A stretch of DNA of 63,111 bases, counting the filler, from Hausera hauseri (lineage: Eukaryota): assembly GCA_046269625.1 (NCBI GenBank). It is 11 parts of 11 records of this genome, joined end to end, with 100 filler letters (N's around TTAATTAATTAA, not from the genome) between each part and the next. Parts side by side here need not be neighbours in the genome. Positions count along the whole stretch, not along the records: positions 50,644 to 54,648 come from JBJURY010825639.1; positions 54,749 to 58,883 come from JBJURY010740210.1; positions 58,984 to 63,111 come from JBJURY010743764.1; 8 more parts are not named here. One strand, written 5' to 3'. Of the stretch, positions 51,715 to 63,111 are shown in pieces. Position 1 is the stretch's first letter. Each line of letters begins with the position of its first letter. The position numbers and the translations under genes were made by a program. The notes beneath the pieces are model-generated. The model saw nothing but the letters and a program-made list of their open reading frames with translations, was not told where the DNA came from and ran no database searches.

Positions 51715-52260
51715 GGGCCATGTTTCTTGTTTTGTTCTTGTCTTCTATCAGTTATCATCATCATTGCTTGTTCTATTAGTGCTCATCATCATCGTTTTAT
51801 CTCCAAATAATCATCATCATCGTGTGTCTTTTGGTCGGAAACTTAACAGACGTTCGATTGGTTTGGGGAAATGTTTCTTTGTTTTGCGTCTTGTTTCTTG
51901 TTTTGTTGTTCTATCAGTCAACATCATCATTGCTTGTACTGTTAGTAATCATCGCTTTTCTCCAAATAATAATCATCATCAGGTGTCTTTGGTCGGAAAC
52001 TTAACAGACGTTTGATAGGTTTGGGGAAATGTTTCTTATTTTATTCTTGTTCTTGTTTTGTGTTTTGTTGTTCTATCAGTCAACATCATGATGTTCAGTG
52101 GTTGAGGTTGTGTTTCTTCTTCTTCTTCGACCATGATTCAACACTATCATGTTCCTCGATAGAGTTGTAATGACAATTGTTTTGCGTCTTGTTCTTGTTT
52201 TGTGTTTTGTTGTTCTGTCAGTTGATACTATCATTGTTTGTACAGTTATCTGTTTTAAGG
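51715..52260 (+). repeat. Degenerate tandem repeat, ~170-180-bp units
   Basis: GTGTCTTT(T)GGTCGGAAACTTAACAGACGTT occurs twice; TTCT(A/G)TCAGT occurs four times. Confidence 0.85.
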
Positions 52261-53261
52261 TGACAACGATTACACATACAGGAGGTTCAGTGGGAATTTT
52301 CAGGCAAAATGACAAAAGATAGAATACCAGCTAAGTATACTCATAAAATTTACATTTGCTAGAGTAGTGAGGATACAACGATATATATTATTTAACTATA
52401 ATCTATGATACAAGGTTGCTGCTAACTCCACATCACCGAGCTGTTAAGTCCCTTGGATGAACCTTAGAGGGGAAAACGGCTGATGTATAGTCAGTCACCC
52501 ATACTAAAAGGACCCCCACTCACTCCCTATAGATGAAAGAGGTAGCGTGGGCCACAGTTTGTATTGGTCGTGACACGTAATTTAGTACGCTGCTAGCATA
52601 AAACCAGTCCACCCAGAACATTTCTCTGCTACCCATTTTTTGTTCTCGATTGGGTGAACCCCTGATCCCTTTTCTGTCACCCATAGTACTGGATGCAATT
52701 TGACATCAGAATATTTTGAAAAGAGACAATCAGTAAACAGGCATCTCCCAGCCGACCGCTTCTTGTTCTTCTTCAGCGTTAAAAGTCGTGTAGGCTTATT
52801 GCTAAAGATATAATTCGTCTTCATTTCTCTTTGTCCTTGGTCTTCTCCGCCAAATTCATGATATTTAAGTCTTGGATGTCTTTTTTTAACTGCCTATCCA
52901 TCTTTTTTCTTGGTCTCTCTGTTGGTCTACATTCTGTGATCCTTACACGCCTTATTGCGCCATAATAGCTTCCGGTCCACGGTAAAGTCATGACCACTTC
53001 ATTCCTTACGGGATTTTTACTGTGGACGGAGTTTTCGATGTATAAGTTCCTTTTCTCATCGTATTTTATTTTTATTTTTAATCCCAGTTCTATTTATTCA
53101 TTTTCTCCCTAGCATCTTCTACCTTACCAAAGCTCGTCTTTTATTGTGCACTAACACTCCAGCTCAGCTTTATTTATTTCTTCTACTCACTTCTTCCTAC
53201 ACCATGTAATTCTCTATCTTTCATTTCTTACTGGATGTAATTGTGCTTGTTGCTTTTCACC

Positions 53262-53315
53262 GCGTCCTGTATGGTTTTGTACCTGATGAAGACCTCGTGG
53301 TCGTAACGTAGTGTT
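53262..53315 (+). ncRNA. Degenerate minimal hammerhead ribozyme (Penelope pLTR type)
   Basis: CTGATGA-A-GACC(TCGT)GGTC-GTAAC, one mismatch from the GAAAC core. Confidence 0.4.
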
Positions 53316-53944
53316 TGTTTATTGTCCCCTTGTAAGGACCTTTCATCCCTTTTTGGGTTTTTTTTTAAACTCATTTTGACTTATTTGTTTCCGTTCTTAC
53401 CGCAGTCACTCTCCTTATATGTGTTTATACTTGTTTGATCTGTTTTTCCCCTTCAATTCTTTTATTTGTCCTAGCCCTTGCAGTCTGTTACGTTTGAGTG
53501 TGGACGCGACTGGTAATAAATCGTGGTTTCTTTGTTTTGTCATTCTCCAAGGGTTCTAAACTCACCACATATCCAGTTTTGTCCAAATAAACAAAAATTA
53601 CCGTAAAACGATCAACACAATAATAACAGAAAATATATTTCTTTTAAAAATAAATTTTCAGAAACTGGATTTGAAAACCACGTATTTATTGTATTGATAT
53701 TCCCATAAAATTGATTACTTCCTTCATCGTCTGCTTGTATCACTTTCCACTTTCTGTGTTTCTATGCGTGTGTCTGTTTGTATCGTGAACACTGTGTGTC
53801 CTTTTAATTATGAACATACAGACTATTTGTTATTACTATAAGTGCACAGTTTAAAACCTTTCTCTGAGATACTTTTCTATTGTACATTTTGGCATTAAGG
53901 TCTTATATTCAGTATTCGAAAAGCATGCGTAGCATTGGCAAATA

Positions 53945-54237
53945 TTAGCATTCGCATATAGACGTCGGACAGTTTCCCATTGCGCAGTTCTGTCTGCACC
54001 AGTCATGAAAACCAGGTCTGTATGCATTAGCCTGGTTAGCTCTACAACCTGGTGGCCTTGCAGTGATTAAGGATGGTTTGGCAGTATCAGTGGTTACTGA
54101 CTTGTCAGGCACCACATTCTGCAGGCTGACAGAAGAGCCGGCAGCAACTATTTTAATGTCAGCACAACCGTAAAATTCTTCTTGGAGACCGCAGCTTACG
54201 CATGAGCTGCCATCTGGATCAGAGCCCCATTTATCTC
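53945..54237 (-). CDS. Last exon of an AA15-type lytic polysaccharide monooxygenase with a Cys-rich C-terminal domain
   Basis: ttttcag acceptor; GDKWGSDPDGSSCVSCGLQEEFYGCADIKI..CRA..DWCRQNCAMGNCPTSICEC*. Confidence 0.8.
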
Positions 54238-54319
54238 CTGAAAAAGGAAAACAAACAAAATTAGAAAAGTGTTAAGGTCTGTATTGAATGCAAATAACAT
54301 AGCTGCGATAGCTAATTGC

Positions 54320-54610
54320 TATCATCAGCATCATCATCAGGTGTCGTACTGCGAAGCGTAGGCCGTCTTGGATCTCCATTCCTCACGATACCTGGTGTCC
54401 CCAATCATCTCTTCTGTTGACCTTCTTCCAGGCCATCTTGCAAACAATCCAGACACTTCATTCTTTGCCGTCCACTACTTCTATTTCCTGATAATTTACC
54501 CGTGGTGACCAAGCTCTCCAGACCTTGTCGTCTTAAAATATGGCCAATCATAGATGTTTGTCTCTTTCTGATCTTACTTGTAAGCGTTCGTTATTAACAG
54601 CAATATTGTA
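54320..54610 (-). mobile_element. RTE-like LINE 3' end with (GAT)n tail; the same tail occurs at 50644-50692 (+); other RTE remnants at ~52440-53010
   Basis: GKL.GNRSSGRQRMKCLD; shared tail ACG.CCTACGCTTC.CAG...CACCTGATGATGATG. Confidence 0.65.
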
Positions 54611-54748
54611 TGCATTTGATAATATACTGTCTTTTTCGATTTGTTGTCNNNNNNNNNNNNNNNNNNNNNNNNNNNNNNNNNNNNNNNNNNNNTTAATTAA
54701 TTAANNNNNNNNNNNNNNNNNNNNNNNNNNNNNNNNNNNNNNNNNNNN

Positions 54749-55850
54749 TGCCATCTGCTGTTGTTGAATTACTCAATTCGTTGGCCATATTTTCTCCATA
54801 TTTATGTGGTTCAAAAGGAAATTGAAGTGAAAAATATTTAAACATCTCCATAAGGTTAGGACGACTTCTATCTAACTTGCTGATAAATCGGCCAAAATCG
54901 ATTTTTTGTATACTCTTATTCATCTGTTTCTGAACGTCTTTTACGTCAGCTGAAATAGCTTTAACGATATTCGAATATCTGAAACAACTCCGCTTATTAA
55001 TGATCATTTTACAACGAGGGCATCTTTTCTGAACGAATTTGCCGTCACCTGGCACCAACTCCATGTAATGATCCATTGAAGTAACTTCAAAACTGTGACC
55101 ACACGTCCATAACGTAATAAACCTGGCGTTTTCTTCTTTTTCCGTACCAAAATATGTTTTTTATTTCCGGGTCGCATTTCAAGTAAATTAACCGGCAAGG
55201 CTCCCCGCAAAGTCCGTAACATTTAAATCGTTTATTACGCCGACCACAATTGACCATTTTATTGCAAGATTAGTCACAATATCCTCTATCGCACAATTCA
55301 TAACACACTTTCGTACACTTAAGATGCTTACATTTCCAACGACATTTTTCCTGACATGGAACACATTCATCACCACAAATTTTGGGACGCCTGTTATGAA
55401 AACATCCTTCTTCGCATTTTTCCGAACACGGTGGGCAATGTTGAGAGCATTTTGCTTTGCATTCGTGTCCAGAGATAAATTAAGCTTCACAATTATTTCC
55501 ACAAGTTTTATGAGTTCGACCGTTAAAGCACTCTGCACATGTTCCAGAGCATTCGTGTTCAAAGTCTAGTATGGCTTTACATAGACGTTTGCAAGTAACC
55601 TTTCGCAAATGACAGTAATAGTCATCCACGTGACCGCTTTTTGACTTTTTCCATACAATCACCGCACTTCTCTTTACAGAGTTTTACACAACCATGACCA
55701 CATTGTAACGTGCGTTGGGGTTTTAGAACAGGCAACAAGCTGTGTGTGACCACAAATTGGTATAATGTTACTAATTGAAATTATACATTCATTACATGGC
55801 ATGTAGCACTTTAAACTGCAGCGATGACAATTCAGACAAAGTTTCGTATA
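54749..55850 (-). pseudogene. ZNFX1: ZNFX1-like NF-X1 zinc-finger region, frameshifted
   Basis: Repeated CGH.C..C units; RYGRVVTVLKLLQW / MDHYM..KRCPRCK..RYSNIVK. Confidence 0.75.
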
Positions 55851-55854
55851 CTTT

Positions 55855-56610
55855 TCAATGCACCTGCTTCTTTGTGATGTTTATCCAAAAAGTGACAAGT
55901 CTTCGACACGCATGACCAACATTTTTACTGGTATGACTATTTGTCTGAATAGGAAAATCAGAGGATATTCCTTTGATCGGATGAATGAAAATATTTTTAT
56001 TCATCGATGGTTTAACTGCTCCATAAATATTCAGATGACCACCGATGACTTCAGTACCATCGTCAATACTGTTTAGTTGCTGATTACGGTAACACTTTCT
56101 ATGATACAGTTTATCGTCAGCAGCATATAGCTCCAATAAATAGACATTATCGCCACAAATTGAGCATTTAGGTTTCGTGAGCCTGGTCACTGATTGTTGT
56201 AGTGACGTTCTCTCTAAATCGGAATTATCATTGTTGTTGGAATTCTGAAACAAATTGACATCCGGTCCTCCTTCCGGTTTCATTTGTTTCAAACAATTGT
56301 AATACTGTGAAACGTACGTGATAAAACTCCATTTCTCTGGTGACGGCAGCAATACCATGTCTTTTGGATCAAGCAGGGATGGAATTCCAAACTAGGTTTA
56401 GGCTATTTTGAACGTAATAAAATTATTGCAATGTTCATTTTCCGGGTCCAGATCATGGAAATTTACTAGTTCTGGCTTGAATCGATGAATCAGATCATTG
56501 AAAGCTAATCCATTTTTCCATGAAGTTGTAAAATTTGTCACGGAGACATTAGTATAACCGTCTGTATGATATTTACACCAATTCAGCAATCCTTAAATTT
56601 TATTCATCCC
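55855..56610 (-). pseudogene. MICAL-like protein fragment (CH + LIM domains)
   Basis: LNWCK..TDGY.NV.VTNFTTSWKNGLAF..LIHRFKP; LLDPKDMV..P...FITYVSQYY; CSICGDNVYLLE..KLYHRKC. Confidence 0.8.
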
Positions 56611-58379
56611 ACTTCTGACACCAATTGTGAACTTGTAACTGTAATATCCATAGATAGAGTGACAGAGCTATTAGGAGCCAAAGTCATAAAATATCATAAT
56701 ATCCAAAAAATGTTTGAACGAAAATAAAACTTCAATGTGAAAAATGATGGCGAGTAACTTGAAAAATCAAAATCATAAAGTTGCAAAACTGTTTATTATT
56801 GAAACAAATTATTTTATTTCTCATAAAATTAACATGTATTTGCATAATGAAGAATATTGAACATATGTATAATTAGCAACTAATTCTGTATCTGGGTTTC
56901 ATTTTTGGCAGAATTTAGTTTTTCTTCAAAAACCTTCGCATTAATTAAAATACTTCGAAAAATTTTTTTGATCTCATTTGAAAACTGACAGTTTCTCAAT
57001 CGAATAAATCGAAACTGTGCAAGTTGTATACGAATGTTAAATGAATAATGAATCACAATATTTGAGATCTGCAACAATCTATTGACGAATTCGAATTGTT
57101 CGAAATATGTTGGATTTCTCGTCAAATGCTGTTGGAAATATGTTACAATTTCAATGGTATCCATAAAATCATGAATTTCTGCTGGCTCGACAGTGCCACA
57201 GAAATCGTCGTTGGGGAAACACTGGCAAACTCGTCGTGAAATTCGTTTTCACATGAATAATTAACTCGAATTTTTTTGCCATGCACTTTGAGTTTTTTGT
57301 CATTTTCGCCAGTTTCGTTTTTTTATTTTCTACAGTTTCTGAATTGAAGTCATTACCGATTGGAAAAATTGAAAATCGCCCAAATCCATATTATCGGAAA
57401 TTATCTTAATTTTACATGGACTACACGCCAATTCATAGATTTGGTCCTGACTACAGATAATACAATGACTCATTTTCTTTAACTTGTATAATAATTCCGT
57501 GGAATTGAGTTCATGAAAAATGGCGTGATATAATGATTCGGATACTTCGATGATTTTGGCAAGATTTACTTCAGCTTTATTTAATATGTGATCAATGACG
57601 TCATCGTTATAGTTTGCGTGTTACGAACAGCAGACTTTTAGTACTTTTGCAATTTTTGATGCATTCCATTGGCATAGGATTTCTGCTTCCATAAAATGGT
57701 TCAACTGGAGTGTTTCTGTCGAGGAATTGTATATATAATAAAAATATTTGATATCATCAATTATGTCTTCTGTCAAATATTTATGTAGATTTATCAGACA
57801 GGTCAGATTTTTATTTGATTCATCGTAGGCCATACCAAACGCCGTTTTAAAGCTCTCTAGTTTATCTTTCACAAAATCTTTGTTATTCAGCATAAATTTC
57901 AATTCAATCAGTTTAGATTGTATCACCACGGTACAACCAGTAATGGTCTTCTTTTATTCGATGATGTTTTTTAGGAAATCTATCACAGAAGCTGCAAGTT
58001 TTTTGCACAATTTTTTTAACCGGCTTTGTCCAAATGAGCTCATTTTTACTATCGGCGCATGATAAATATTCTACAACAATTCTGTCCAATGGGCAACATA
58101 AATGGGCCACTTGTTAATTGATGGCCCCCTTTGATTGACGGTGTTTGTGTTATCCTGTCTACCTGCTTCGTCAAAAACAGTGAAGGTGGATTTATATAAT
58201 CCAGGTTGAAAGTTTGCAATCAGCAAAACACTGCTTGTCTGGGATTTTTTTAAACGGTGTTGACAGCATCAATACTGAAATTGTGTAATTTTCAAAGCGG
58301 AAGATTGGGGCCCGCCTATGGTCCCGACGCGGCGGCAACGGACGCCCGGCCGTGTCCAACCAAATGGGCCAGAGGGAGT

Positions 58380-58883
58380 GGGCCGCTGCGGGCACCACAG
58401 GGATCACTGCCGTGTTTCAGGTAATTACTTAGGCCGAGCATGTAATAAGTGTAACTTGGCTAGGCAGATTAGGTATATTTTACTAGTAATGTTTTATAAT
58501 TTGCGTGGATATAACCTGCATCATATCTTAAAACACGCATTAATTACATTCGGAAGTTGGGAATTAAGTATTATTCCGGAAACAACAGAGAAGTTCCTAA
58601 CAATGAGTGTAATGATCCGATGTTCGGGTAAAAAGTCAGTTACTGTTAAATTTCTGGAAACTGCAGTTTTTGCCGGCTTCACTCGAAACATTCGCCTCGA
58701 ACTTAGATAGCTCCCCATTGACAGAAACGGCTTTTCCTTCGGACATTATTAGAGGAAAAGGTATATTTCCTTACACTGTTGTAAAATCTTTCAGCGACTT
58801 GCAGTCCATTTCTGCATTATCATCAAAATGGGATAATGTAAGTGATGCAGATTATGACGAAGTACAACTCATTTGGTCAAGAT
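58380..58883 (+). pseudogene. Polinton-type protein-primed PolB fragment
   Basis: RDHCRVSGNYLGRACNKCNL; FYNLRGYNLHHI; ASLETFASNL; RGKGIFPY. Confidence 0.8.
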
Positions 58884-59609
58884 NNNNNNNNNNNNNNNNN
58901 NNNNNNNNNNNNNNNNNNNNNNNNNNNTTAATTAATTAANNNNNNNNNNNNNNNNNNNNNNNNNNNNNNNNNNNNNNNNNNNNATTATTTGCACAGTTGC
59001 ATGAAGAAATTGACTATGCATGCCGAACGAATGATTAAGAGGTCTAAATATAAATTTAAAACTGGCGTGTTGATTCAATCCGATGACTTCAAAAGACAAG
59101 TTGCTGGCTTGATGCTAGATTTCCAGATAAATGGTTCGTTGACATCCGTTGTTCTGCCAGCAGAAGCTCCGATTAAAATTCCTAATTATAAGGTTCAAAC
59201 TCTTGAACAAGAAATACTCAAAAGTTTCAATCTATCCAAAATTGAACAGCTGCTGTCGAAAGAAATCGCATCACTGGACAAGGATTTGGACTTAAAATTT
59301 TCTGGACCAAACCACCGTATTGATTCTATGGACATCCCGCGAGTCAACATCAACCTCACCGATCGACCGACGGACATTCAACCATCAGAGGTATCTAAAC
59401 ACAGGTGGGTGAGATTTCTTTTATTGATTCGCGCCCACTAGTGTTACCGCTCTCTGCGCATGTTCAGACCCTTCCTGGCTCAAACCATTTTTCATTTTAA
59501 ATGGTTTCTAAACTTAACTTCTTTTTTTATCCCAATTATCTTTTGTCACCGCTATCCCGGCTGTACGCTCGAACCGCTTCTTAATCCAAAAGGTAACCGC
59601 TCAGGCCAC

Positions 59610-62424
59610 ACGTGCATTTCATCGTTCCCTTGGGAGGAGCTCATTACAATCTTCTTTTCTGATCTTTAGTTACCATCAACACATCAAAACCTTACAAGCT
59701 CCACTCAACGAGACAGCACAGGTCTTATATGACGCTTTGTCTTCATCACAGCACTTTTGATTTTTATTTAACATATAAAGGGCTTATAGTACATTCTTCA
59801 GACTCCCTCTTGCCTTTCGTACGCCACGAACGTTCATACACCTGTATCATGATCCATTTTCGCTTACGGGGTGGATCGGACCCCGATCCTTCTTATGTGG
59901 AAAACCCCACAAAGACCAGATCTGGTCGTCGTCCTGTCGACACCACACCAACAACATCTCCAAATCTCCCCTGCACGGATTTTTTCTACACAAGACGAAT
60001 TCTAGTCGTACCTGGTTGCCGTTCTACTTGCAATGGCTTAAAGCCAATCATATTACAGACTCCTTTTTGCGGGAGAACAGTTTGCTGCTATTACTTCCAG
60101 CTAACATCAAGCAGAAAATCAACAATCTTGCTGATATACTTACTTCTTCAAGTCCATATGATATGCTGTATGAATCAGTTCTGCATATCACCGACTCTTC
60201 CATTGACAGCATAATTCAGAAATACTTTAATGAGCATGTCATCGGAAATCAAAAACCATTGGACTACCTGAAAACCGCAATCTCTTAATTGAGCTCTTTA
60301 GGCGTGACTCCTATAAACAATGCCGATTTTCTTCGTCGATATTTTCTTTCATCTTTGCCTACCTCCATCAGGGCGCTGCTCACTGTATTAGATGACTCTA
60401 CTGCCCTTGAAAAGCTCGCCTTATTGGCAGACAAAAATTTTGATATTTTGCAGTCTAATAGTTCACAGCCAGTAGCTGCAGCGACCTCTCATACACCGTC
60501 ACATACAGATAACGCTTTATTTGCACAATAACTGCACATAATGCAGATGCAGTTCGACACACTCCAACAAGAAATTTCTGCGATCACAGCCTAACTCAGT
60601 GAATTATCCGTGCCTCGAGGAAGCGAAAATCGTATTTCACGCAATCGCAGTTTTCCAGGCACTCTTTTCGTTCGAAATCTACAGATGGTAAAATGACGTG
60701 TTTCTATCACAATAAATTCCGCACAAACGCAAGGAAATGTGTTTTAGACTGTCGATTATACGATGAACAATATGCAGTAGACAATCCAATCTGCATCTAT
60801 CACACAAAGTATCAGTCCATGGCTAGGTTGTGCATACTAGGATGCAAATATTATAAAAGAAATTCTAATTTCTCTTCATCTTCTTCGCCTCCTCGTACTC
60901 ATCATTCTTTTTTTCCTCAACAAGTTTCAAAAAAACAATAATGCCATCATATGCCACGGCACATTCTGGTACAGGCAATATCATTTAATCTTCTGGCCGT
61001 TTCAACACCGCCTCTGCAGACTTTCTGTTGAAAGCTGAAATGTTATTTGCAGATACATCACAAATAGATTTCCTTATCGATTCAGGAGCTGATTTTTCAC
61101 TTCTTCCTTTGTCTTTCGCTCCTACATCTAATACAATTTTCTCACCTGCACTCTTCATTGCCTGTGGTCAACCTTTGAACATTGTAGGTACCAAAAAATC
61201 GACTTTCACATTCTCCAACCTACCAAGGAAATTCACCTGGGAATTCCATATAGCCAACATCAGATCGCCCATAATAGGCTCCGATTTCTTGGCTGCATAC
61301 GATTTGTTAGTCGACTGCAAGCATAAATGCATCCTGCGCAGAACCTTTGTTGAAAATTCTAAAAAATACCAAACGACCAATCAGACACTTTGTCTTCCTC
61401 AGATCATTCAAATGTCCATTTGACATCCTGTTCATTGGCTGATAACAACACTTAACAATTCATCAATATTTTTAATCTCATCAAGGGGAACAAATCAATC
61501 TTGAAACTATCGGCTGAACCGAATGTTGTTAATAAATTATTCAGTCATTCTACATCAATTACAGCCACTGACTCTTTCAATAATATGCCCTCATCATTCT
61601 TCTCGTTGGGTTTTTACCTTAAATCCTACATTAAAACTTCTTGTTTTCGTACTCTTAAGAAGGACATAAATTTCAAGCCGCATTCTACAACATATCACCA
61701 CATAGTCACCAAACACCAAAGACCTATCAGACAAAAAGTAAGGTCACTTTCACCTCGCAGTCGAAAAGCTGTTAAATCAGAGTTCAATGAACTCAAAAAG
61801 GCGGGCATTAATTGACGATCCAAATCACCATGAGTTTCGCCTTTGCAGGTTGTGACGAAGAAAGATGGCACATACAGACCATGCGGTGATTATCGTCAGT
61901 TAAATAATCTAACAGTCCTGGATGCTTACCCTTTACCTCTCATAAATGACATCCTGCACAGCCTTACCAACACTAATGCGTACTCCACAATTGACTTGCA
62001 TAAAGCATATAATCAAATTCCTGTTGCACCTGATAATATACCAAAAACTGCTATCATTACTCCATGTGGCCTCTACAAATATATCTTTATGCCATTTGGT
62101 TTACGTAGTGCTTCTCAAACTTTCCAACGGCACACTGATACCGTATTTTCATGCCTCCACTTCGCTCATCCATATATTGATGACATATTAGTTGCCTCTA
62201 CGTCCGTCAAACAACATCAAGAACACCTTCGTATCATTTTTCACAGATTACATCATAGCAATTTGCAAGTTAACTTCTCCAAGTGTCATTTCTTTCAAAA
62301 TCGTGTTAATTTCCTAGGTCATGTCATCACTTTTCACGGCCACTCTCCACAACCGGATCGACTACAACAATTAAAGAACATAACTCTACCAACGACTACC
62401 ACGGATATGAAAAGTTTCTTATAA
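59610..62424 (+). mobile_element. Decayed Ty3/Gypsy element: Ubl-like domain, Gag with two CxYH..C..C fingers, protease, RT; truncated at the start of RNase H
   Basis: HFRLRGG; PYDMLY; CFYHNKFRTNARKC and CIYHTKYQSMARLC; FLIDSGAD, IIGSDFL; YRPCGDYRQLN, MPFGL, YIDD. Confidence 0.88.
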
Positions 62425-62434
62425 ACACTCCACT

Positions 62435-62683
62435 TCATCCACAAATACGTACCACATTGCTCTTTATTTTAACGACGGTCAGCGGATGATTCGGATGACA
62501 CGTTAATTCGGTAAAACCAGCCAAATCTGCAATTTCATTGAAAGACAAATTGATTTTCACCAACTGCCTGATTTGATTCGATGATAAATTAAGAGTTCTC
62601 AATGATTCGAGAGATTCTAAACCACTAATTTTTGTAAGAAATAACACAAGGTAATTGTGACAGTTATTCATACACTCAATCAT
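62435..62683 (-). pseudogene. SDS22-like LRR fragment (LRRCC1-like) abutting the truncated pol
   Basis: LTKISGLESLESLRTLNLSSNQI..INLSFNEIADLAGF. Confidence 0.6.
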
Positions 62684-62809
62684 TTAAAATATCGAGAAGT
62701 CATCTTGGTTTTAATAATTCTGGTCGAAATACAAGGGATTCTCTGGCTGAGGGACCGAGCGTGCCATCTCCGTTGCGTCATGTCCCCTTTCTTTTTTCAT
62801 CTTTAATAA

Positions 62810-63111
62810 TAAATATGTACACACATTAAGGGTTACGCACAAACAAACAGCTCATTCTTTATACTGAATTGTCCTTTTTTTGGCTCCCCCAATTTTTATT
62901 TTATGCACAACGGTCTAACTTTGCAACCTTACGACTCTTTCATCCTTTGTACCCGAGAAATATTCTATCACTCTCACTGCCCATTTTCGCATCCGTGGTG
63001 GATCAGACCTTGACCCTTCTGTGGAAAATTTAACAAAAACCAGGTCTAGTCGTCGTCCTGTCGACCTCACACCATCAACATCTCCAAACCGTCCCTGTAC
63101 AGACTTTTTCC
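62810..63111 (+). mobile_element. 5' part of a second, diverged copy of the Ubl-Gag element
   Basis: 62980-63111 aligns with 59853-59990; FYFMHNGL..DS..HFRIRGGSDLDPS. Confidence 0.85.

Noticed and set aside
51715-52260. CRISPR-like array
   Set aside because: The units are degenerate tandem copies with no unique spacers, the context is eukaryotic and there are no cas genes

Overview
This window is not one locus. It is 11 unrelated AT-rich eukaryotic (probably invertebrate) contigs joined by ten artificial 100-nt spacers (N-run + TTAATTAATTAA + N-run), so no synteny can be read across spacers. Contents by contig: (1) near-complete env-bearing Ty3/Gypsy (errantivirus-like) element with a ~1.7-kb LTR, tRNA-His-type PBS and baculovirus-F-like env; (2) decayed Polinton/adintovirus virion module (penton, small core protein, DJR major capsid, adenain); (3) decayed intronless CPSF2 and TRIM37 copies; (4) LINE RNase H and hAT remnants, a bHLH-like exon and a local duplication; (5) Polinton protein-primed PolB; (6) two IAP-like RING remnants before a gag-like region; (7) a large low-complexity exon with repeated LRSG motifs; (8) a tiny-intron cytochrome b5 gene, an intact spliced CRESS-type HUH-SF3 Rep gene placed head-to-head with a retropepsin gene that the ORF track misses, plus MITEs and a mariner; (9) an AA15 LPMO last exon with RTE, hAT and hammerhead-like remnants; (10) ZNFX1 and MICAL-like remnants next to a PolB fragment; (11) two diverged Ty3/Gypsy copies whose Gag is preceded by a ubiquitin-like domain ending in RLRGG/RIRGG. 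The best novelty candidates are the Rep + retropepsin unit (about 42.4-46.1 kb) and the Ubl-Gag retrotransposon (59.6-63.1 kb). All family calls come from motif recognition by eye; no database search was run.
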